Part shown: positions 18,599 through 26,572 of the stretch, in pieces
How the letters are laid out: each line of letters opens with the position of its first letter
How positions within the stretch are numbered: position 1 is the first letter of the stretch
NCBI RefSeq assembly: GCF_016780825.1
Contig: NZ_JADHLF010000007.1
Source: Planktomarina sp.
Lineage (GTDB): Bacteria; Pseudomonadota; Alphaproteobacteria; Rhodobacterales; Rhodobacteraceae
Length of the DNA stretch: 64,000 nt
Strand: one strand, 5' to 3'
Made by a program: the position numbers and the translations under genes
The notes under the pieces: model-generated
The model's input: only the letters and a program-made list of their open reading frames with translations
Databases searched by the model: none
What the model was told of the DNA's origin: nothing

Positions 18599-21549
18599 GC
18601 CAAATCAATCGCCTCTCTGGCGGGCAAATTGACCGCAGCCACACTTTGGACTTCACCTTCGATGGCAAGGCCTACCAAGGTCATGCGGGCGACACGCTGG
18701 CCAGTGCGCTTTTGGCCAATGGCGTGCGCCTCATGGGCCGCTCGTTCAAATATCACCGCCCGCGCGGCGTTCTAACCGCCGGATCTGAAGAGCCCAACGC
18801 TCTTGTCGAGCTTCGAGAGGGCGCACGCAAGGAGCCCAATACCCGTGCCACCACGGCCGAGATGTTTGGCGGCCTGAGTGCGACGTCACAAAATAGGATC
18901 GGCTCGCTGCGCTTTGATCTGATGGCCATAAATGACCGGCTCTCAAATTTTCTGACCGCGGGATTTTATTACAAAACCTTCATGTGGCCCGCCGCCTTTT
19001 GGGAAAAACTCTACGAGCCGATTATTCGCAGAGCCGCCGGGCTGGGAAGTATCAGCTTGCAAGAGGATCCCGACGCCTATGACCGGGGCTTTTTGCACTG
19101 TGATCTGCTGATCATCGGTGCGGGCCCTGCCGGGCTTGCCGCCGCGCTGACTGCGGGGCGTGCCGGCGCGCAGGTGATCTTGGCCGATGAAGATTTCACC
19201 CTCGGAGGACGGCTCAATTCTGAACGGCTCACCTTAGGCGATCAAAGCGGCGCAGATTGGGCCGCGCAAACTCTGGCGGAGCTGACCGGCCTCCCCAATG
19301 TCCGCATCATGTCCCGAACGACGGTGCTGGGCGCTTTTGATCATGGTATTTTCGGCGCTTTGGAGCGGGTCTCGGACCACCTGCCCCAGCCCGCGCCCGG
19401 CAAACCGCGGCAAGTGCTGTGGCGGATCTATACCAAGGGCAGCCTGCTCTGCGCGGGCGCCACCGAGCGCCCGATCGCCTTCGAGAACAATGATCGGCCC
19501 GGGATCATGCTGGCCGGAGCAATGCGCAGCTATGCCAACCGCTGGGCGGTGACCCCAGCGCAAAGGGTGGCGGTCTTTACCAACAATGACGACGGGCACC
19601 GAACCGCGGCGGACCTGCACGCGAAAGGCGTCTCTATTGCCGCCGTGATCGATGTGCGGCCCGATGCGCCACGCAGTGGCGACTATGAGGTCATCGCAGG
19701 CGGTCAGGTGATCAACAGCCGCGGACGCTTGGGACTGACCTCCATTGAGGTCGCCCTGCCCGGCGGCGGAACGCGCCAATTGTCTTGCGGGGCTCTTGGC
19801 GTGGCGGGCGGCTGGAACCCCAATGTGCATCTGACCAGCCACCATCGCGGCCGGCCAGAATGGTTGCCACAGATTGCCGCCTTCGGCCCTCCGGCAGAGG
19901 GACCCAAAGCGCTGCGGGTGGCCGGCGCGGCCAATGGCGATCTGTCGACCGCGGGCGCCCTGCGCGGCGGGGCGGGTCAAGCCGCCGACTGGTTGCGCGA
20001 GAATGGGTTTCGAGCAACGGCCCTTGAAGTGCCCGAGGCCGAAGACGCCCCCATCTCCATCACGCCCTTTTGGGCCGTCAAAGGCTGCAACCGCGCCTGG
20101 CTGGATCAACAAAACGACGTGACGGTCAAAGACGTCAAATTGGCCCATCAAGAAAATTTTGTCAGCGTCGAACATCTCAAACGTTACACCACGCTGGGCA
20201 TGGCCACAGATCAGGGTAAGACGTCCAATATGGGCGGGCTGGCGATCATGGCCGAGCTGACCGGCAAAACCATTCCCGAGGTCGGCACAACCATCTTCCG
20301 CCCGCCCTATACCCCAACCGCCATTGGGGCCTTCGCCGGCCGCGACCGCGGAACAGATTTCCGCCCCACTCGTAAGACACCCAGCCACGCTTGGGCCGAA
20401 GAGCAAGGCGCGGTCTTTGTTGAAGTGGGCATGTGGTTGAGGGCGCAATGGTTTCCCAAAGCGGGCGAAACCCATTGGCGGCAGTCCGTCGACCGAGAAG
20501 TTCTGGCCACACGCAAATCCGTCGGTATTTGCGATGTCACAACACTCGGAAAAATCGACGTGCAGGGCTCGGATGCCGCGACCTTTCTAAACAAGGTTTA
20601 TTGCAACGGTTTTGCCAAATTGGCCACCGGCAAAACCCGTTATGGCGTGATGCTGCGCGAGGATGGCATGGTCATGGATGATGGCACCGCCGCCCGGCTG
20701 GCGGAAGATCATTTCGTGGTCACCACCACCACCGCCAATGCTGTCTCGGTCTTTCGCCACATGGAATTTGCCCGCCAATGCCTCTGGCCAGATCTCGATG
20801 TGCAGCTGATGTCTACAACCGAGGCCTGGGCACAATATGCGGTGGCGGGGCCAAATGCACGGCGGCTGCTGCAAAAGATCGTAGATCCCGATTATGATCT
20901 GTCCAATGAGGCCTTCTCCTTCATGGCCTGCGCCAATATCACCGTTTGCGGCGGGCTGCGCGCCCGGCTGTTTCGGATCTCTTTCTCGGGCGAGCTGGCC
21001 TATGAAATCGCAGTGCCGACACGCTACGGCGATGCGATGATCCGGCGCCTTATGCAGGCCGGTGAGGAATTTGACGCGGTGCCCTATGGCACCGAGGCGC
21101 TGGGAGTCATGCGCATTGAAAAAGGTCATGCGGCTGGCAATGAGCTCAACGGCACCACCACGGCCTTAAATCTTGGCATGGGGAGCATGGTGTCCAAGGC
21201 AAAAGACAGCATCGGATCGACCCTATCGGAACGCAGCGGGCTGAACCATGCTCAAGCGCTCAAACTGGTTGGATTGCGGCCCGTGAACCCGGCCAACCCT
21301 GTGCCGGCCGGCAGTCATTTGATGTGCAAAGGCGATCCAGTGGATGCCGCCCATGACCAAGGCTATGTGACGTCCGCCTGTTTCTCGCCAAGTCTGGGCC
21401 ATTCCATCGCGCTGGCCTATGTCAAAGCTGGAGACAGCCGCATGGGTGAAATCCTAAGGCTTGTCAGCCCATTGACCGGCTTTGATCATGAGGTTGAAGT
21501 GGTCAGCGCCCATTTCATCGATCCAGAGGGGGACCGTCTGCGTGCATGA
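18595..21549 (+). CDS. soxA: Sarcosine oxidase-family alpha subunit
   Basis: GDTLASALLANG, RSFKYHRPRG, GAGPAG, KRYTTLGMATDQGK and a GcvT-like THF domain. Confidence 0.93.
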   Translation: MSQINRLSGGQIDRSHTLDFTFDGKAYQGHAGDTLASALLANGVRLMGRSFKYHRPRGVLTAGSEEPNALVELREGARKEPNTRATTAEMFGGLSATSQNRIGSLRFDLMAINDRLSNFLTAGFYYKTFMWPAAFWEKLYEPIIRRAAGLGSISLQEDPDAYDRGFLHCDLLIIGAGPAGLAAALTAGRAGAQVILADEDFTLGGRLNSERLTLGDQSGADWAAQTLAELTGLPNVRIMSRTTVLGAFDHGIFGALERVSDHLPQPAPGKPRQVLWRIYTKGSLLCAGATERPIAFENNDRPGIMLAGAMRSYANRWAVTPAQRVAVFTNNDDGHRTAADLHAKGVSIAAVIDVRPDAPRSGDYEVIAGGQVINSRGRLGLTSIEVALPGGGTRQLSCGALGVAGGWNPNVHLTSHHRGRPEWLPQIAAFGPPAEGPKALRVAGAANGDLSTAGALRGGAGQAADWLRENGFRATALEVPEAEDAPISITPFWAVKGCNRAWLDQQNDVTVKDVKLAHQENFVSVEHLKRYTTLGMATDQGKTSNMGGLAIMAELTGKTIPEVGTTIFRPPYTPTAIGAFAGRDRGTDFRPTRKTPSHAWAEEQGAVFVEVGMWLRAQWFPKAGETHWRQSVDREVLATRKSVGICDVTTLGKIDVQGSDAATFLNKVYCNGFAKLATGKTRYGVMLREDGMVMDDGTAARLAEDHFVVTTTTANAVSVFRHMEFARQCLWPDLDVQLMSTTEAWAQYAVAGPNARRLLQKIVDPDYDLSNEAFSFMACANITVCGGLRARLFRISFSGELAYEIAVPTRYGDAMIRRLMQAGEEFDAVPYGTEALGVMRIEKGHAAGNELNGTTTALNLGMGSMVSKAKDSIGSTLSERSGLNHAQALKLVGLRPVNPANPVPAGSHLMCKGDPVDAAHDQGYVTSACFSPSLGHSIALAYVKAGDSRMGEILRLVSPLTGFDHEVEVVSAHFIDPEGDRLRA

Positions 21550-22102
21550 CCTGATCGCCACCACAGCTTTGGGCAAAAGCGCCCCAGCTGTCGACCACCA
21601 TGGTCCCGTGACCTTGACCGAAGAGCCCGGCATCGCCCTGGCCTCTGTCGCTGCGCGCCGCGGGGGAGAGCGCACAACCGCCTTGGCCATGCGTCGCATG
21701 ATCGGGCCGACCGCGCCCAAGGCGGGGCACTGGGCCGGCACTCGGATCATCGCTTTTTGGACTGGCCCCGATCAATGGATGCTTGAAGCGCCCTATGACA
21801 GCGACGAATTTTTATTTGAGCGGGCGATAGCGGAAGTCAAAGGCAAGGCCTCCGTCACCGAACAAACCGGGGCCTGGTGCCGCTTTGATCTGCGCGGTCC
21901 AAATCTTGCGGCCGTTATGGAGCGGCTTTGCCCGATCAATATGGCCAAATTCATCGCCGGCAGTGCCACCCGAACCAGCATTCATCACCTCGGCTGTTTT
22001 GTGCTCTGCCGCGCCCAGGACCACATCTCGATCTTAGGGCCGCGCTCCTGCGCAGCATCATTGCACCACAGCCTGCTGACCGCCATTCGGGCCGCCTTTT
22101 AA
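21542..22102 (+). CDS. soxG: Sarcosine oxidase-family gamma subunit
   Basis: WTGPDQW, ASVTEQTGAW and RSCAASLHH. The GTG start overlaps the soxA end. Confidence 0.85.
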   Translation: MHDLIATTALGKSAPAVDHHGPVTLTEEPGIALASVAARRGGERTTALAMRRMIGPTAPKAGHWAGTRIIAFWTGPDQWMLEAPYDSDEFLFERAIAEVKGKASVTEQTGAWCRFDLRGPNLAAVMERLCPINMAKFIAGSATRTSIHHLGCFVLCRAQDHISILGPRSCAASLHHSLLTAIRAAF

Positions 22103-22134
22103 CGCTGCCGTCATATGCTCTCACGCCCGCGCCC

Positions 22135-23139
22135 CTAGACCGAGGGCACCGGACTGTTGTCCAAGACACGATAGAGATTGATGCGCCTGCGGTCCTCTTG
22201 GGGAGAGAGTCCAAAGGCCTCACGATAATGACGCATCATCGGCGTGGTCGAGCCATAGCCCACCTGCAGCGCAATTTGCGCCATACTGTCTTTGGAATAC
22301 ATCACCAGTTGCTTGGCCGCTTTCATCCGCAGCGCACGATAGTAATGCGACGGGCTCTGCCCCGTTGCCTTTTTGAAACTTCGCTCAATCTGCCGGGGAG
22401 AGACGCCCACGCCCTCCGCGACCTCTGCCACAGAAATCGGAGACTCCAGATGGGCTGCAAATATGGCCACCGCTTTGGCCACCACAGCCGGTAAGGTCGC
22501 GTCGGTGCTGCTGCTGCGATAGGTTGGGATACTCTGCTGCACCTCCTCACCCCGCATCAAAGGATGCTGGAACCAGCAGGCCACCTCCGTGGCCACATCT
22601 GCCCCCAGGCGGGTTTCGATCAACCGCAGTGACAGATCAAAGGCCGCAGCCGCCCCTGAGGCGGTGTAGCGGCGGCTCGCGACTTCAATGACCCGATCAG
22701 AGGCCTGAACCTCGGGAAATTCTGAACGGAAGGCCGCATCATAACACCAATGCACCGAAACCACATGCCCCGCCATCACCCCAGAACGGACCAAAGGAAA
22801 CACCCCGCCGCTGACCCCGCCCAAAACCGCGCCATGGCGGGCCAATGTGCGCAATGCACCAAAACCGGCTTTTGCATTGTCAAACTGCGCCCGGGGCGGG
22901 CTGAGCAGAAACAGATAATCGGGCCGCGTCAGATCGGATAAAGCCAAATCAGGCTCAAAGCTGATCCCGGCACTGGAGCGCCGCTTTGCCATCGTCTCGG
23001 CAACCAGTGACCAAGAAAACGCGTCCTGCCCCGATATCTCATTTGCCGCACGCAGAGGTTCGATCATCGAGGTCAGGCAGGCCATCGGAAAGCCTTCAAA
23101 AATCAAGAATCCAACGGACTGGGTTTTCACATCATTCAT
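22135..23139 (-). CDS. GlxA-family AraC regulator (DJ-1-like domain plus HTH)
   Basis: SMIEPLRAAN, VHW, and the HTH SPRQIERSF...IALQVGY...FGLSP. Confidence 0.92.
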   Translation of the reverse strand: MNDVKTQSVGFLIFEGFPMACLTSMIEPLRAANEISGQDAFSWSLVAETMAKRRSSAGISFEPDLALSDLTRPDYLFLLSPPRAQFDNAKAGFGALRTLARHGAVLGGVSGGVFPLVRSGVMAGHVVSVHWCYDAAFRSEFPEVQASDRVIEVASRRYTASGAAAAFDLSLRLIETRLGADVATEVACWFQHPLMRGEEVQQSIPTYRSSSTDATLPAVVAKAVAIFAAHLESPISVAEVAEGVGVSPRQIERSFKKATGQSPSHYYRALRMKAAKQLVMYSKDSMAQIALQVGYGSTTPMMRHYREAFGLSPQEDRRRINLYRVLDNSPVPSV

Positions 23140-23207
23140 AAATATGATACTAACAGGAAAACTGGCCCGTAGATCAAGAGGTCAAACGCCAAGATTGAGG
23201 TTGATAA

Positions 23208-23861
23208 ATGAGTGTTGAGAAAGTCACCCCGGCTATGGCGGCCAAACGGACGCAGGAGCCGTCTCGGGCGCGCGACGGGTCTGAAAAAATTCTGGAACTG
23301 GCCATTGGACGTGAGCTGCGGGCCTTTCGGCGCGGCCAAGAGGTCACAGTTGCCGAGCTTGCCAATCGCACAGGCCTGTCAATCGGAATGCTGTCCAAGA
23401 TTGAAAATGGCAATACCTCTCCCTCCCTCAAGACCTTAAAAACCCTTGCAACGGCGTTGTCTTTGCCAATCACTGCATTTTTTCGCGGCTTTGAGGCGCG
23501 CCAGGAGGCGGTCTACACAAAAAGCGGTGAAGGGATCGCGGCCGAGGAGGCTGGCACTCTGGCGGGTCATCAAACATATCTTTTGGGACATATCAGCGCC
23601 CCGTCCAGCGGGGTCATCGTAAAGCCATATTTGGTAACTCTGACCTCGGAGGCGGATGTGTTGCCAAGCGGCCAACAGGGCGGCACCCAGACCATCTATA
23701 TGCTGGAGGGAGAAATGGACTACCGGCATGGCGACAGGCTCTACAGGCTTACCGCCGGGGACAGCTTGCAATTTGAAGCCGAAAGCCCGCATGGGCCAGT
23801 GGCTCCGGCAAAATCCCCCGTTCGCTACCTGTCCATCGTCAGCGCGCCGCAGAGCAGCTGA
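23208..23861 (+). CDS. XRE-family regulator with cupin domain
   Basis: TVAELANRTGLSIGMLSKIENGNTSPSL HTH; YMLEG...GDSL.F...PHG cupin. Confidence 0.88.
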   Translation: MSVEKVTPAMAAKRTQEPSRARDGSEKILELAIGRELRAFRRGQEVTVAELANRTGLSIGMLSKIENGNTSPSLKTLKTLATALSLPITAFFRGFEARQEAVYTKSGEGIAAEEAGTLAGHQTYLLGHISAPSSGVIVKPYLVTLTSEADVLPSGQQGGTQTIYMLEGEMDYRHGDRLYRLTAGDSLQFEAESPHGPVAPAKSPVRYLSIVSAPQSS

Positions 23862-23870
23862 ACCCGCGCA

Positions 23871-24288
23871 TCATCGCAGCAGGTCAAGCCCCGCCTTGCG
23901 ATGGGTGTACCAAACCAGACCGGCCGCCACCGCCAAGGACATGCCACTCGACATCACAAGAGACACACCGCCGGGCGCCGCAGCCCCGACCCAGAGCGCA
24001 TGACCCATGGTCAGCGCCACACCAACAAGCGAAAGAAACAATACAGGCCGCGCTGTGGCCCGGCGCAGCAGCATCAAAACACAGCCCAATGCCCCCCCCA
24101 AAAACTGCAACCGCAAAGGCCGCTGTCACCCAGCCGGGCCGATGGGCAATCACCGCCCTATAGGCAGGCGGGACATCCGCCAGGGCGTCGGGATCCATTT
24201 GTAGCGCAAAATTGAAACAGCCCAGGGCGTTCCAAATCAGGCCCAATAGGGCAATCATCCAAAACACAGGGCTCGGTTTCATCATCAC
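23871..24288 (-). pseudogene. Membrane protein (about 4 TM) split by one extra G in a G8 tract
   Basis: ORF 23884..24288 and ORF 23871..24116 join into one 138-aa hydrophobic protein if the run at 24092-24099 has 7 rather than 8 bases. Confidence 0.75.
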
Positions 24289-24462
24289 GCGGCGCCTCTC
24301 TTCTATAAGATTATGACCTAGGGAGCATCCCTATCATTGGCCCTCTCTTGCTCACAAGCCGCATTCATAAGGCATGACCTTCAAAAACCCGATCTGCAGG
24401 GTGCACCTTGGGCCTTTATCAGTCATTTTATCTATAAGTAATAGAAGACTATTGCATAACGC

Positions 24463-24532
24463 CATTTCAACATGAAATGAGGGCAGCGCCGGCCGGGGGG
24501 GCAGGCAGGCGCAGCCCGGTGTTGCCACCGGG
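24463..24532. repeat. Cluster of three palindromes (REP-like element)
   Basis: CATTTCA-ACA-TGAAATG; GGGCAGCGCC...GGCGCAGCCC with 1 mismatch; CCCGGTG-TTGC-CACCGGG. Confidence 0.55.
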
Positions 24533-24704
24533 CAAAGTGTTTTGGATTGGCGGCTGGATTATGCAGAGGTCTTTAGAATATTATTGCACCCCAAGAGGTC
24601 CACTCACATTGACTTTTTGCATACTGAACTCTTCTCTCAAGGCTGAGAGATATTCGAAAATGCACCAAAATAGATTGGTTACTATACAGCGCGAGAAACA
24701 GTCC

Positions 24705-25073
24705 ATGACACCCACGCACACACTTGATCCTTGGCAATTTGCCCAGGATTGGCAAGACGGTTGGAACAGTCACGATTTGGACCGGATCATGGCCCATTAT
24801 CACGAAGAGGTGGTGTTTAGATCGGCCAAAGCGCAAGCCTTGGTTGGGAAGGGAGAGCTCACCGGCCATGACGAATTGCGCGGCTATTGGGCCGAAGCCC
24901 TAAAGCGTCAGCCCGACCTCAAATTTCAAGTCCAAGACGTTTTCAAAGGACATGAGATGATTGTCTTGAGCTACAGTAATCAAAACAATATCTGCGCAAC
25001 TGAAACATTCTATTTCAACGCAGAGGGCCTGGTCTTTCGCGCAGCGGCCTGTCATCAAGCACCGCGGCGCTAA
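24705..25073 (+). CDS. NTF2/SnoaL-like protein
   Basis: FAQDWQDGWNSHDLDRIMAHY, G...LRGYW..AL...PDLKF. Start moved to ATG 24705. Confidence 0.85.
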   Translation: MTPTHTLDPWQFAQDWQDGWNSHDLDRIMAHYHEEVVFRSAKAQALVGKGELTGHDELRGYWAEALKRQPDLKFQVQDVFKGHEMIVLSYSNQNNICATETFYFNAEGLVFRAAACHQAPRR

Positions 25074-25174
25074 ATCCACAATCACCGTTCAAGCGCGCCA
25101 TCACTGCGGCGTTGTGTTCAAAAAATAAACCATTAGTCTGCACATCTTCACGCGCTTGGAAATTCGGGGGGGCC

Positions 25175-25339
25175 ATGAGCCACAAACAGATCAATTTCAT
25201 CGGCTGGATACTTTTTGTCCTCTCCGCGATTGGCTTCATCATCGCCTCCATCGGAAGTTTTTGGTCCATGGTGGGATCTGTGTTGTTCCTGGTGGCCTGT
25301 TTGGTCTTTTTGATTCCCTTCTTTCGACCGGACGAGTGA
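25175..25339 (+). CDS. 54-aa two-TM protein (YrhK-like pattern)
   Basis: FIGWILFVLSAIGF...GSVLFLVACLVFLIP, preceded by a G-rich RBS region. Confidence 0.65.
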   Translation: MSHKQINFIGWILFVLSAIGFIIASIGSFWSMVGSVLFLVACLVFLIPFFRPDE

Positions 25340-25458
25340 ACCGCTGGCTGCGCCGCTCGGGGGTGGGTTTGTCCAAGGCAAATTTTAGGCCCAAAGAATA
25401 CATAATTTATTTTATAACAATGCCTAATATCGCAAACTTTATGTAAATTTACGCAGGT

Positions 25459-25851
25459 TCAAACCCGTATCGGCACCATCGTCCCCTGCATCAACGCAAC
25501 TTTAACATCGCCATCAAATACATCGGCCCGCACGATCACCAAACGTGCGCCGGATTTCTCCACATGGCCCACGGCCCGCAGCGGACCTTTGCGCCCCGGT
25601 GCCAAAAGGTTGATTTTCATTTCCGCCGTCAAAACCTCAAAGCCCTCTTCCATCATCGTCAAGGCCGCATATCCCGCCGCACTGTCACCCAGCGCAAAGA
25701 TCAAACCGGCGTGGGCATATCCATGCTGCTGTTGACTGCCGGGCAGGATTGGCGCTGTGATCTCAACATGCCCCGGCTCAACCACCACCATCTCCGCCCC
25801 AAAGGTTTTCATGATGCTCTGACGCGCAAAGCTTTTTGTGACCCGTTCCAT
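25459..25851 (-). CDS. PaaI-family hotdog thioesterase
   Basis: QQHGYAHAG....LGDSAAGYAA and LTAEMKINLLAP. Starts 2 nt after the pdeM stop. Confidence 0.9.
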   Translation of the reverse strand: MERVTKSFARQSIMKTFGAEMVVVEPGHVEITAPILPGSQQQHGYAHAGLIFALGDSAAGYAALTMMEEGFEVLTAEMKINLLAPGRKGPLRAVGHVEKSGARLVIVRADVFDGDVKVALMQGTMVPIRV

Positions 25852-25853
25852 CT

Positions 25854-26534
25854 CTATCCCCTTGGCATGGGCAAGACATGACATGTCTCGCCGGTTAAAA
25901 CCGCGACCGCCCCCGGTTGCATCACATCCCGCAAAATCGCCGTATCACTGCGCAGGCCCCCGGTGAAAGTGCCAAATGCTGGCAACATCACCCTGTGCTG
26001 ATCGTATAAAAAACAGGGGCGCGTGATGTGCCGCCGCCCCACAGATACGGCGGCTTTCGGATGGTAGTGACCAGAGACCTCAGCCCCATCCTCCGCCAGA
26101 TGTTGAAGCTCAGCAATATGACGGAACACCAAGGGTCCATCGCGATATTCCGCCAGATGCGCGCCCGAAAATGCAACGGGCCCCGGGTCGTGATTGCCCT
26201 CAATCCAAATCCACTGCCGCCCGGCCTGCATGCGATACAGACAGGCGCATTGTGCAGGATCAAGGCTACCCGAGGCCTGCAAATCATCAAAACTATCGCC
26301 CAGGCAAATCACAATTTCGGGGGCCAAGGCCTCGATTTCATTTTGCAGCCTCACCAATGTGTCCGCGGTATCATAGGGCGGCACCATGACGCCCGAGCGG
26401 CGCGCCATGCGCTCTGATTTTCCCATATGTAAATCTGAAACGCAGAGAATACGCCGATCTGCCCACCATAAGACCCCCGAAGCCCGCGCGGTCAGCTCCT
26501 CACCAAACAAGAAAAATACATGCCCATCACTCAT
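25854..26534 (-). CDS. pdeM: Lhr-associated metallophosphoesterase/endonuclease PdeM (MPE)
   Basis: DLH.GK, GDSFD, GNHD, GHYHP and PAFG.FTGG; downstream of the Lhr helicase. Confidence 0.9.
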   Translation of the reverse strand: MSDGHVFFLFGEELTARASGVLWWADRRILCVSDLHMGKSERMARRSGVMVPPYDTADTLVRLQNEIEALAPEIVICLGDSFDDLQASGSLDPAQCACLYRMQAGRQWIWIEGNHDPGPVAFSGAHLAEYRDGPLVFRHIAELQHLAEDGAEVSGHYHPKAAVSVGRRHITRPCFLYDQHRVMLPAFGTFTGGLRSDTAILRDVMQPGAVAVLTGETCHVLPMPRG

Positions 26535-26572
26535 GCCCCTGCATCGCGCAAAATGAGGGGGCATGGCAAGTT

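Noticed and set aside
24700..25460. Possible integron cassette array of small genes
   Set aside because: No RYYYAAC...GTTRRRY attC structures follow the stops, and there is no integrase in the window.
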